NCBI RefSeq assembly: GCF_006345805.1
Contig: NC_043014.1
Span: 35,836,001-35,900,000 of the forward strand
Direction: 5' to 3'
Origin: Octopus sinensis
Lineage: Eukaryota
Length of the DNA: 64,000 nt
Shown here: piece by piece, positions 26,004 through 38,599 of the stretch
Numbering within the stretch: the first letter of the stretch is position 1
How the letters are laid out: every line of letters begins with the position of its first letter
Program-made: the position numbers and the translations under genes
The notes under the pieces: model-generated
What the model was told of the DNA's origin: nothing
Database searches by the model: none
The model's input: only the letters and a program-made list of their open reading frames with translations

Positions 26004-28164
26004 CACTTTGTGACACCATTGAGACTTCTTTTGTTTCACTCAGACAGTTTTTACAGAGAGTTTAAACTTATTTTATCGTTGAACAGAGATCGTTGAGATC
26101 TATCTCTTGTAATTATTTTCTCCCGCGACCCCGATCAAAAATTATGGAAAAAAAAGGAAGAAGTGGACCAAGTTGAAGATCGTGTTTTGGAGTCGAGAAG
26201 AAACAAAACGCAGGGAAATGTTTCTTACACTCTCAAGAAGAAGAAAAGGTTGTGGATAATCAATTTCTCGAATCTGTGGAGAGTTTGTGGTGTAAAAAAT
26301 CGATCTAGGAGCCTAACCAAGGAAGAGAAGCTGGATATTTTATCTGTACAAACCAAATTTCGTAATGAACATGTACCACACAGTAATAATAGACCTGGGC
26401 GAATGAGAAAGAATACAGAAGCCATGAACCGTATTGCAAATGTCCTTGATTGAAGTAATAAGCTCTGCAGCAAAATCTGGACAAAATTTGTTGAGACTGG
26501 AGAAATTTCGGAGCAGAAGATGACTGGAAATCGGAACCCAAAGGCTTCGGTAGTTCCTGATCTTCATCATTTGACTTCTCTAATCCAAAATTTTGTCAGA
26601 GATCGTCGGGCGACTCACACTAGGACTGTTACTCGGGATGTGATGGAGTGCTGTATCGAAAAGGGTTTCATTGCTGTTGACCGTGATCAACCAGCGTAAG
26701 TCCAAGTAGTTCTGCGATCTGCTCAAAGATTCCTGGTGCGAAAAGGAAACCATCGCGAAAAGAAGACAGGTGTGGTATGCTAAAAGCTCCGAGCCGAGAA
26801 CATTCGTAAGTGGGATCTCTATACAGTTAGATTAGTTTCTCTCAACGCAGCGAAACAGTGACTAATTGTGTATATGGATGAAAGCTATATTCACAAGAAT
26901 TATGCACGACTTAATGACAGTTTGTATGATCCGAACGATGAGCAGGACCAACAAGTGAAAACACAACACAATGGAAAGTGATACTGTTTTATCGAGGCTA
27001 TTGTTGATGCTAACTACTCTGTGCCAGAAGCTCGGAATGAAAATCAAGTGGAGGACACTCTGTATGTCTTTGAAGGATGAAAACAAAGAACGACTGCCAT
27101 GGGATGTTCCACCAGAAGCATTTTGTTGATTGGATGGAGAAGCTCTTCAAAGCTCTTGATGATCTATTTCTTTATAAAATATAAAGACAGACGAAATACC
27201 TATTTCTTTACTACCCACAAGGGGCCAAACACAGAGAGGACAAACAAGGACAGACACACAGATTAAGTCGATTATATCGACGCCAGTGTGTAACTGGTAC
27301 TTATTTAATCGACCCCGAAAGGATGAAAGGCAAAGTTAACCTCGGCGGAATTTGAACTCAGAACGTAACGGCAGACGAAATACGGCTACGCATTTCGCCC
27401 GGCGTGCTAACGTTTCTGCCAGCTCGGATGATCGAGGGATTAGTAATGCTGCCATTGTGATGGACAATGCCAAATGTCACTCTAATCTCCCTGAATCATC
27501 ACCAAAAAGATGGTGGGTGGAGGCTCAAATGCAGGTGGCATGACGAGAATGAGAGATTCCATTCGAAACAGATCTGAAGTGTGTGCTATAGGAAAAGCTG
27601 GAGAAATACAACAAACTGCACGTCTTTCCAGTTATTTGTTCCATGGCAAGAGAAAGAGGTCATGAGGCTATCTTTTCTCCACCGCATCATCCCGATTTGC
27701 GGCGGATCAAGCTCGTGTGGGCCATTGTCAAGGGAGAAGTGGGAAGACAGTACACTACAAACACCATCTCCGAGCAAGTGCTGACATGACTGTATGCATA
27801 ATTTCGGAAGCAGAGAGTAAAACAGTCCAAGGATGAATTAACAAAGCTAATTCTCATTTGAACAAGCTTTACGAGCATATTAGAGCCAATGAAGACTGTA
27901 AAGGGTCCGAAGATGAAGTCAGTGATGGTGAACGTGATACTTCAGGCAGTAGCGATGAAGATAACTTCAATAAATGATAAAATACACTATTAATGACCCC
28001 TATTTCTTTTATTTTCTCTCAAAATCGAAAACCGTTCATAACTTTTAAACTGGGATTGCAAAACTACCGAACTACAGTTTATTCAACTCGTCAAAACTAT
28101 ATTTATCTCCCAGTAACATCAAAGCATTATGTTACAAAAAGGGCCTCGATGGTGTCACAGACTC
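26004..28164 (+). mobile_element. IS630-Tc1-mariner transposon fossil with long D-E spacing (Sailor/DD82E-like)
   Basis: Imperfect ~30-bp TIRs (TGTGACACCAT core). Motifs YMDESYIHKNY, IVMDNAKCH and PPHHPDL..I(K)LVWAIVKGEVGRQYT, with 81 codons between the second D and the E position. Multiple stops. Confidence 0.75.
27164..27426 (-). mobile_element. SINE family B inserted in the transposase
   Basis: TSD GATGAT. Removing it restores KALDD-RGISNAAIVMDN. Confidence 0.88.
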
Positions 28165-28679
28165 TCATTTAAAAGAAAAAAAGTTCTTTGACATAAATTA
28201 TAAAAATGCAGCATTCTTAGATTCAATTACAAACACTTTCTTTCAAGATTTATTTCACTTCAATTTTTAAAATGTCGAATGTTTTTGAAAGTATCTTTAG
28301 TTTAATTGAATTTAAGCTGCAATAACTTAACACCTTTTACGTTCTATCTGGTTCAGCCTTATCACTAGACCAGGTGAAAATAGAAGTAATAAAATTTCAC
28401 CATGTTTTTTTTTCTTTTCTTATTTTCAATTTATTCATTTTGTTGTTTTGGTGTAAAGAAGAACTTGCTGAGAAACACTTCCGTTTACGTTGCTTGTGTT
28501 CTGCTAATTAGCAACTGATTTACTAATTATTAATTGTCTATTAACGATTTAGTTATTTTCGATGTAAAGAATGATTTATTGATTAAGAAAATAGTAATTG
28601 CTCAAGATTACAATTTTGATGTATATATATATATATATACACATCATATAAATAATATATATGCATATATACATACGTA

Positions 28680-29070
28680 CATGTACATATTTACATATAT
28701 ACGTCTATACGTATGCATATGAGGGCACAGAACGTCACAGAACGTAAACAACATGAAATACGAATACGTAGAATATGAACTTTTCTTGCGAGCAACGACA
28801 GAAACAAATGGAAAACAAGACAAGCAACATAAAGAACCACCCTTCATCAGCTGTTTTTCTAATCTGTATTTCGAGCAATACACGACAAGATACGCCTTCG
28901 ATAAAACAGTTGCTCCCGCAAAGCAAATAAAATAAAATTTGGGGATTTTGTGGAGGGGCAAAATTGGTAACAAAAACAGGACAGTGAAAACAAACAGGAA
29001 GGGCTGCTAAGCCTAAACGAGATGAATTGGCGAACGCGGAGGAGCAAGCTTGGACAGGAGATAGACCATC
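28680..29070 (-). mobile_element. PLE-like terminal-repeat fragment (diverged 42-kb family)
   Basis: Shares CAGCTGATGAAGGG and the 3' TA/TG-rich segment with the 42.1-kb and 53.6-kb copies. Confidence 0.5.
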
Positions 29071-29469
29071 GGCCATCTTTCTTTCTTTTCCTAACTTGTG
29101 TTTCTTTCTTTCCTTCTGATTCAGTTGAAGGAATCAGTTGCATTCGTGTCTGTCTCCAGTATTTGTAGCGACAGATTTTGTCTTGGCATGCAGTTGGCTG
29201 TAAGTACATGCTGCTGGCAACACTCAATGGGGCTGAAATGCATACAACATTCTCACGAGCCGCTTCTAGGGCGATTTTCTTCTGCCTCAAATATATATTG
29301 TTTTCTGTCATCTTAAGACAGATACCACAGCAAATTTTCATTTCGCGACGCATTAACGTTAAGAATGAAACATGAATGGCCATTTTAGATATAACAAAGA
29401 ATAAAAAAGCAAAAAGTAAAACATATGAGCATAAGAATATTATTTTAAATTTAGTATCTTGGTGAACAG

Positions 29470-29760
29470 TGGAGTATTCTGATATACGGATGGAATTATC
29501 CTCGACCTGGAGACTTGAGCTGAAAGTTCACAGTAGGGTATACCACCCCAAAATTTACCATAAGGTCCAGTCCACGTGGAAGCTGGGTGGCTTGTGTGCC
29601 TCACTGACCCTGAGAGCTATGCCAGCAGAGCACAAACTCCTTGTAGGGTCTAGCAAGCTGGACAAGTCAAAGGATAGAGGCCAGACTAACATGGACCATC
29701 TTTTCTCGGAGGTAAAAATGGGTTTGTGTAGGGACAACACCTCAACAAAAAAGAATAAAA
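29470..29760 (+). mobile_element. RTE-like LINE 5' UTR remnant
   Basis: CTGACCCTGAGAGCTATGCCAGC...GGACAAGTCAAAGGATAGAGGCCAGAC resembles RTE/RTEX 5' regions, from recall only. Confidence 0.4.
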
Positions 29761-29789
29761 ATCAGATTTACTGACGATTGATGACAATA

Positions 29790-29954
29790 GGCGCAGGAGT
29801 AGCTGTGTGGTAAGTAGCTTGTTTACTAACCACATGGTTCCGGGTTCAGTCCCACTACGTGACACCTTGGGCAAGTGTCTTCTACTATAGCCTCGGGCCG
29901 ACCAAAGCCTTGTGAGTGGATTTGGTAGAGGGAAACTGAAAGAAGCCCGTCGTA

Positions 29955-30004
<50 letters not shown>

Positions 30005-30215
30005 TGTGTGTGCTTGTCTATCTGTGTTTGTCCCCCTAGCATTGCTTGACAACCGATGGTTACTTAGCGGTTCGGCAAAAGACACCGATAGAATAAGTAC
30101 TGGACTTACAAAAGAATAAGTACCGGGGTCGAGTTGCTCAATTAAAGGCGGTGCTCCAGCATGGCCGCAGTCAAATGACTGAAACAAGTAAAAGAGTAAA
30201 AGAGTAAAGAGAAAA
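29790..30215 (+). mobile_element. SINE family A
   Basis: Complete head and tail, with a small deletion in the 3' module. Confidence 0.88.
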
Positions 30216-30454
30216 GAGAATTTGAAAACCAACAAAATATGGAAGAGGAAGACCTTCCTTCAAAGGGACAGAGCTGAAATGGCAGTAATCCAACTGGAGA
30301 GATGCAGAAAAGACAGCCTAGAGTCAAGGACAATAGACTACCGGTTCTCAATAAGAAGCGAAATAAACTACCTTAAAATATTCTTTCTTTCTTTCTTTTT
30401 TCTTACTCCCCTACCCTCTTTCTCTCATTCTGTTCTCTTGTGTGTAGAATTTAT

Positions 30455-31026
30455 TTAAGTTAAGTTAAGTTAATTTTTTGGCTCAAAAAGCAAAAAGCAA
30501 GGTCATGTAGGGGAACATGGAGTTATGTACAGGGAGGGTGTTCATGCAAAGAGTTCAGGCCATTTCTGGTCAAGAGAGACTTTGAACCGAGCGGTCGTTG
30601 GCATCTTCACTATCTCGTCCGGCAGCTTATTCCACGGATCCGCAACCCGGACGGAGAAAGCCCCTCTCCTTCGATTGAGATGAAATCGTCGCAGATAGAG
30701 CTTTTCGGAGTGACCCCGCAGCCGACTCTCTGGAGCAGGAGTGAAGAACAGCTCTTTCGAGAGGTTATACTTTCCGCTTATGATGTTGTGAGCGAGAATG
30801 AGATCACCACGGCGTCGTCGTTTTTCTAGAGAATAAAGGCCGAGTGTCTTCAGCCTTTCTTCATAAGACAAATGCTTGAGACCAAGAACCATGCGGGTAG
30901 CCAGCTTCTGGACCCTTTCGAGATGATGTATGTCTTTGAGGAGATAAGGAGAAGAGGCTTGAATCCCGTACTCCGATATGGGTCCCACCAGCGTGACATA
31001 AAGTGGTAGGAATATGGCTGCTGTGC
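30455..31026 (-). mobile_element. CR1-clade LINE 3' end
   Basis: Open frame ...LEYGIQASSP...LERVQKLATRM...LRGHSEKL...WNKLP, 3' UTR and (TTAAC)n tail. Confidence 0.9.
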
Positions 31027-31369
31027 TGCTGTACGTTTTTACAATCCAAACCACATAACCATCGTTGAATTTTAGATTAATCAACAATGAAGTTACTTTA
31101 ATTGTCCGATCATTATAGATCCTAAAGTAAACTACAGAATTTTCACCCCGTTTGCGGCGTGCCTTCGTCACTAACAAACACTAGACAAATGAAGAAAAGA
31201 TTTTATGAGTTAAAGAAGTCCGATAGAAATCTTTATTCATGATTAATGAACGGAAGGAGTGTGTGCGATAACTATCGCTAAATTCAACGCGTGCTTCTAC
31301 TTGGATATTTATGTGAGAACTAAATTCCGTTGAGAACACGTACTATATATTAACGAATGTTACATCAAG

Positions 31370-32255
31370 GAATAATCACACACACACATACACACATACA
31401 CATACAAACACACACACAAGCACACATACACAAATACACACACAAACACAAACACACACACGCACAAACACAAGCACACACAAACACACTCACAAACAAA
31501 CACTCATACACAAATACACACACACATGCACAAATACACACACACAAACACACACAAACGCACAAACACAAACACACAAATACACAAACACACATACAGA
31601 AATACACACACACACACACATGCATACACACAAACACACAAATACACACACACAACACACGCAAACCCACAACCGCAAACACACAAATACACAAACACAA
31701 CACACAACCCAAACACACATACAGAAATACACACACACACACACACATGCATACACACAACACACAAATATACACAAACACAAACACACACAAACACCAT
31801 ACAGAAATACACCACACACAACACTGCATACACACAAACACACAAATACACACACACAAACACACGCAAACACACAAACACAAACACACAAATACACAAA
31901 CACAAACACACACAAACACACATACAGAAATACACACACACACACACACATGCATACACACAAACACACAAATACACAAACACAAACACACACAAACACA
32001 CATACAGAAATACACACACACACACACATGCATACACACAAACACACAAATACACACACATGAATACACACGCAAACACACAAACACACACACATCACAC
32101 ACAAACACAGACACAAACGCACACACACAAACACAGACACAAACGCACACACAAATACACACACACAAACACACGCAAACACACAAACACACACACATCA
32201 CACACAAACACAGACACAAACGCACACACAAATACACACACACAAACACACATAT
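31370..32255. repeat. Complex (CA)-rich minisatellite with higher-order units
   Basis: CATACAGAAATACAC recurs at ~31593, 31718, 31798, 31921 and 32000. Confidence 0.9.
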
Positions 32256-32699
32256 CAAAGACACGAGGGGTTTTCGTCAGCGTGACTCAAACTAATGCGC
32301 TCTGAGTGATAAAATTAGTATGTCACTAAAATTCCGGTCCATAAAATTTTTTCTAAAGTGGCTAGAATTGACTTCTTTCTTAAGCTGGTATGTATTTATT
32401 ACATTTTCTTTTAATCATTTCATCTAGTTTCAGCTCACCAGCTGCGGCCATGATGAGGCACCGCCATTTGGTGTTGCTACATAATTTTATTTCACGAATG
32501 CTTTTTAGCAATTGACATTTGGTGCATGGGACAGTTTGATGCAGCTGCCCTCTTCTGCACTTCCTGCCGCGAAGTTGGTTCATCTGGGACACACATTAAA
32601 GTGGAAATGAAAAGGCAAACGGTTTGGGAATACTTGACATTTAATTTAGCTATATAACCATATATGTACATAAGTCTGTGTGTGTGTGTGTGTGTATGA

Positions 32700-32731
<32 letters not shown>

Positions 32732-32785
32732 GTGTGTGTGTATGTCTGTGTGTTTGTGTGTGTGTCTGTGTGTGTGTCTCCATGT

Positions 32786-32823
<38 letters not shown>

Positions 32824-33073
32824 GTGTGTGTGCGTGTGTGTGTGTGTGTGTGCGTGTGTGTGTGTATGTCTGTGTGTTTGTGTGTGTGTCTGTGTGTGTG
32901 TCTCTGTGTGTGTGTGCGTGTGTGTGTGTTTGTGTGCGCGTGCGTGTGTGTGTTCTTTTATTCTTTTACTCGTTTCAGTTGTTGAATTGCGACCATGCTG
33001 GTGCACCGCCTTTAAGTCGAACGAATCGACCCCAGGAATTATTCTCGAATCATTCATCACAAGCTGGTGATTA

Positions 33074-33120
33074 ACACACGCTGAGGACGGCTAACCACCC
33101 ACAAACTCGAGTCCGTGTGT
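33074..33120 (+). ncRNA. Degenerate type I hammerhead ribozyme
   Basis: Stem I ACACACG/CGTGTGT, CTGAGGA core, palindromic ACTCGAGT stem III and GTC site, but G12 is lost (CAAA instead of GAAA). Confidence 0.5.
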
Positions 33121-33554
33121 ATCACGTAAGGCTAGAGACGGGAGCGATGACCTCCTCTCGCAAATACTAATCGGACACAGAATGCGTGTCGTTAGCCAGC
33201 TAGAAGGGATGTCTTCCTTGAGCTATAAACGTCAGTAGCAGTCCTGTATAGGAAGCCACACTTAGTTGGCGATATATATATTATTGTGTCTGGGGAGAGT
33301 CATTCTCTTTTAGTGCTTTATTATTTAACACACGCACCGGTTCGATTTCCATTCGTTTACTTATTTATTTTTTCTAGAATTTTCGTTGCGCCTTTTCAAT
33401 AGTCGCTGATGAGTCATGAGTCAATGACTATTGAAAAGGTTGCAAGGCGTGTGTGTATACTTACATACATACAAACATACATACATGCATACATACATAC
33501 ATACATACATACATACATACATACATACATACATACATACATACATACATACAT

Positions 33555-34112
33555 CTGGTGGCTGCCCCCTCGTTATCGAGTATGGCTATTGCACGAAGCT
33601 TAATCAATGTTGTTATCGTGCAATGCCTATGCAAGAAGATTTTTTTTTAAAGTGAAGAAAGGCTGTGCACTGAGTCAATCCCACTCACTAAGCAACAGCA
33701 GCCGTAATCCGAAAAGAAGAACAAGTCAACATCATCGGTAACCACTGAGCCGCAGGTTTTATGTCGGAGTTATCCCAGTTACCTGAGTTACCTTCTCCTA
33801 GAAGGATGCCCTAACAAAGGCTAGGAGTCTTTCGCTCCCAATGGTTTAACCGCGCGATCGGGTATTCAGTCCGATTATTTCTATGTCCCCGCGCATGATA
33901 TAGCCTTAAGACATTTATTGGATGGCCGTTGACTCTCAAGAGTTCCTCTGCCCTTTGACGGGTTTTATTTTTCATCCCACAGGGTGTCCAATAAACACCC
34001 TCCTCATCAAGCAAGCTTGGTGGCGTTGCCAGTTTAATCGCCAACGACCCGACCATGCAACAGGTTGTACTGGGTTACATGTTACCAGTAGCACTCGAAA
34101 GTAACCTGACTA
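33555..34112 (-). mobile_element. RTE-like 5' UTR-type element in (CATA)n
   Basis: CCTTCTCCTAGA...CAAAGGCTAGGAG motif recalled from RTE-type UTRs. (CATA)n on both flanks. Confidence 0.4.
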
Positions 34113-34132
34113 TAACATACATACATACTTAC

Positions 34133-34163
<31 letters not shown>

Positions 34164-34247
34164 CATACATACATACATACATACATACATACATACATAC
34201 ATACATACGTACGTACGTACGTACATACATACACATACATACATACT

Positions 34248-34318
<71 letters not shown>

Positions 34319-34458
34319 TCACACACACACATATATGTGTGTATTATATGGCGGTAGACAGACCTTAATTGTGTTTGCCACATATCTGTAAAGGTTTGTT
34401 AACTACAAAGAACTTCTAAGATGCGTTTGAAGTGTATGTGTTCCTCTGTGTGTGTGTG

Positions 34459-34533
<75 letters not shown>

Positions 34534-34725
34534 ATGTTCATGTGCGTAAATGTAATTCTTAACTTGTCTGTCCTTCACCAAAAGATTTGTCAAGCCTGAA
34601 GGACACCTTCCAAAACAAGCTTACTTTTGTTGATGCGCGGCATCAACACTTATCCTCGCACAAGCTGTTGTTGTCGTTGTTGTTATTGCTGCTGCTGCTG
34701 CTGTTGCTTCTACTGCTACTATTGT

Positions 34726-34760
<35 letters not shown>

Positions 34761-35087
34761 GGGATGAGGAGGATGGGAAGGAAGAGGGGGAGGGGAGGGG
34801 AAATGAAGAGGAGGAGGAGGAGGAGGAGGAGAAGGCGGAGGGAAGGAGGAGAAAGCGGATGGGGAAGAGGAGGAGGAGGAGGAGAGGAGAAAGAAGAAGA
34901 AGAAGAAGAAGAAGAAGAAGAGGAGGAGGAAGAGGGGAGGAGGAATAGGAGGCGGAGGACGTTCTCGATGATGATGGCATTGGAATTTTTGGCCGAGGTC
35001 AGATCTTTTCTGTTTGGTTGCCAGCATAAATTTTCTATTCGAGTTGATTTCATATTCCGTGTAATCATACTCTTTTATAGGTTAATT

Positions 35088-35288
35088 CAGTGGTTTTCAA
35101 CCAGGGTTCCGCCAGTACAGTCTAGGGGTTCCGCAAGAAGTTACAAAACTGCTAAAATCGGCAGTAATTTTTAAGTCTCCTGTGCAGATATGTGTGCATA
35201 AGACTATTAAATTATTGCACAGGGGTTCCTCGAGCCAGTGGAATGTTTCCTTGGGGTTCCGCCCCAGCAAAAAGTTTGAAAAGCACTG
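35088..35288. mobile_element. hAT/Charlie-type MITE (18-bp internal deletion)
   Basis: Same TIRs. TSD GGTTAATT. Confidence 0.92.
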
Positions 35289-36080
35289 GGTTAATTAATG
35301 ACTTGGAAGTAATTTTCGCAATAAATCAATAAATAAAGAGTTATCAATTAAATTTTGAAAATTTTGGTAATTTTAGCCAATCGTAAGCCACAGACACATT
35401 CATGTCTGTTTCGATAGTATCAAGAATCCATTTGCCTATTGCCATTGCAACAGTCTTTGAAAAGTCTGCGAAGAAACACGTATTAACAGCAGTCAACCGA
35501 GGAAGGGTCCTACCCGAGCAGAAGGGTTTTTCTGTATGCATATTTAAATTGTAATTAAACATATTTAAATTGTTTGCTTAATGTTTGTTTCTTTTTGTTA
35601 TTGAGCATTGAGGTGGTTGTGAGGTGTGCTAAAAATAACAGCTAAATAAGATTTGAGGGATAAATCTTTTAAATTAAAGTTTATTTGCCAACACCTCACT
35701 CAGAGATTTAAAACTATTTTTCTCTTTTAAATTAACATAAACATTTATTTAGATGAAAGAAAATTACCGGAGACATAACATGTTCTACTCTCTTACTCTT
35801 TTACTTGTTTCAGTCCTTTGACCTTTGGCCATGCTGGAGCACCGCCTTTAGTCGAGCAAATCGACCCCAGGACTTATTCTTTGTAAGCTTAGTATTTATT
35901 ATATCGGTCTCTTTTTCCGAACCGCTAAGTTACGGTGACATAAACACACTAGCATCGGTTGTCAAGCGATGTTGGTGGGGGGACAAACACAGACACACAA
36001 ACATATACACGCACACATACATATATATATATATGTCATATACAACATACATACATATATATTATATATATATATATATA

Positions 36081-36129
<49 letters not shown>

Positions 36130-36130
<1 letters not shown>

Positions 36131-36690
36131 GTAGAAAAATACAAACTGGGACAAGAACGCAAAACACTTAGAGGACAATACAAACAACACGGACGGACAT
36201 TCGAAGCCCTCAATCTTCAGTCAAGACCGGATCATCGTAGCAATTTCGGCTGATTAATCTTGAGATCGCTCCGATCCGGCAGCCCCCAGGAAAAACTAAG
36301 CTACGAGCATTAGATTTCTTGGAAGAAGGATCGAATGTATACGAAATAGGGACAGAAAAACGGACGATGCCACACGAATATAAAATACAAAAAACAATAA
36401 TGAGATACAAAAATGAAATACAAAAGGCAATAATGGTAAAAACAGGCCGAAAACAGCAGGTGTCTTACGACTAATAACAGTACAAGTTTAGCTGGCGTAT
36501 TTTGGGGAAAAAAAGCCTTTATCGGCAGACGAAGACAACAGATGTTATCACGGCGGTGGTCGAAGGCCAAAAGGCTGATTTTGACCAGCGGTCACGTGAC
36601 AGAAGAAAGAGAAAAGAAAGGGGACAAAGGAAACAAAGAGAGAGAGAGAAAAAAGAGGGACGAAGGCAACAAAGGGGAGAGAAGATATAT
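36130..36690 (-). mobile_element. PLE-like terminal-repeat fragment (58-kb family)
   Basis: Reverse homology to 58430-58640 and 52280-52440. Simple-repeat flanks. Confidence 0.5.
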
Positions 36691-36694
36691 ATAT

Positions 36695-36903
36695 ATATAT
36701 ATTTCTTTATTGCCCACGAGGGGCTAAACATAGAGAGGACAGACAAAGGGATTAAGTCGATTACATCGACTCCAGTGCGAAACTGGTACTTTTATTTATC
36801 GACCCCGAAAGGATGAAAGGCAAAGTCGACCTCGGCGGAATTTGAACTCAGAACGTAACGACAGACGAAATACCGCTAAGCATTTCCGCCCGGCGCGCTA
36901 ACG
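36695..36903 (-). mobile_element. SINE family B, 5'-truncated
   Basis: Homology to 20291-20519. Confidence 0.85.
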
Positions 36904-36918
36904 TGTCTATATATATAT

Positions 36919-37694
36919 ATAGAATGGTTGTATACTGTCAATCTAACAAGAACGTGACAGTTGGGGGTACACCACCGCTGTATAGCCCTAGGAAGCATCG
37001 AACGCCTCCTGATAGCTTTGACACATTTTTTCCCTGTGTCCTTATATACATATACGAAGGGAGACAAACACCCCCGGCCGCCGGAACTGCATCTAGGGAC
37101 ACCGTGTCCCTAGATGCAGTTCCGGCGGCCGGGGTGTTTGTCTCCCCTTCGTATATGTATATAAGGACACAGGGAAAAAATGTGTCAAAGCTATCAGGAG
37201 GCGTTCGATGCTTCCTAGGGCTATACAGCGGTGGTGTACCCCCAACTGTCACGTTCTTGTTAGATTGACAGTATACAACCATTCTATCGCCTCACCACCG
37301 TACATTGTCTCTACGAGAGATTTAGAAATTCAATATTTCTTATTTTGATAATCAGTGAATAAACTTCACTGAATATAGATATATACAATTACGAAGTCGA
37401 GGCAAATATCACCAGCTGACCGGTGTCTGCTACTCTGGGCCGATGAAGGACAACGATCCTTGTCCCTAGATGCAGTTCCGGCGGCCGGGGTGTTTGTCTC
37501 CCCTTCGTATATGTATATAAGGACACAGGGAAAAATGTGTCAAAGCTATCAGGAGGCGTTCGATGCTTCCTAGGGCTATACAGCGGTGGTGTACCCCCAA
37601 CTGTCACGTTCTTGTTAGATTGACAGTATACAACCATTCTATCGCCTCACCACCGTACATGTCTCTACGAGAGATTTAGAAATTCAATATTTCT

Positions 37695-37695
<1 letters not shown>
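36919..37695 (+). mobile_element. PLE-like pseudo-LTR array: 184-bp palindrome plus tandem copy
   Basis: Arms 36919-37102 and 37104-37287. Direct repeat at 37461-37695. TTATTTTGATA tail motif shared with the 53975 and 55700 PLE ends. (TA)n on both sides. Confidence 0.6.
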
Positions 37696-37735
<40 letters not shown>

Positions 37736-37840
37736 GTGTGCGTGTGTGTATGTGTGCGTGTATATGTTTATGTGTCTATGTTTGTTCCCCCCCTCCCCAA
37801 CATCGCTTGACAACCGATGCCGGTGTGTTTACGTCCCCCG

Positions 37841-37888
<48 letters not shown>

Positions 37889-38217
37889 GACGAGCTTCTT
37901 TCAGTTTCCGTCGACCAAATCCACACACAAGGCTTTGATCGGCCCGGGGCTATAGTAGAAGACAATTGCCCAAGATGTCACGTAGTGGCACTGAACCCGG
38001 AATCATGTGGTTCGTAAGCAAGCTATTTATCACACAGCCACTCATACACCTGTGTTGTTCACAAATATTGACATGTGCTATTTTCAGGATGTTGACAAAA
38101 TGAGGAGTCACACAAAATGACAGCTTCCAAATCCTATTTCCTGACCAGGTGTAAACGATTCAACTTCAAAACCTCTTTAACGTTTTAAAACCATTTTCTT
38201 GAGAAAAAAATATATAT

Positions 38218-38599
38218 TACTCTTTTACTTGTTTCAGTCATTTGACTGCGGCCATGCTGGAGCACCGCCTTTAGTCGAGCAAATCGACCCCGGGACTTAT
38301 TCTTTGTAAGCCCAGTACTTATTCTATCGGTCTCTTTTGCCGAACCGCTAAGTGACGGGGACGTAAACACACCAGCATCGGTTGTCAAGCAATGCTAGGG
38401 GGACAACACACACACACATATAAATATACATATATACGACAGGCTTCTTTCAGTTTCCGTCTACCAAATCTACTCACAAGGCATTGGTCGGCCCGGGGCT
38501 ATAGTAGAAGACACTTGCCCAAGATGCCACGCAGTGGGACTGAACCCGGTACCCTGTGGTTGGTTAGCAAGCTACTTACCACACAGCCACTCCTGCGCC
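38218..38599 (-). mobile_element. SINE family A, full length
   Basis: Near-identical reverse complement of 8881-9294. Confidence 0.92.

Noticed and set aside
29125-29199. Possible 75-nt exon (also weak candidates at ~35365-35545 minus and ~38089-38148 plus)
   Set aside because: Splice-like signals are present but there is no recognisable protein similarity or partner exon. RNA-seq would be needed.
33386-33445. CTGATGA...GAAA as a hammerhead
   Set aside because: Four extra bases separate stem II from GAAA and there is no UH triplet in register. It is better described as a 20-bp fold-back.
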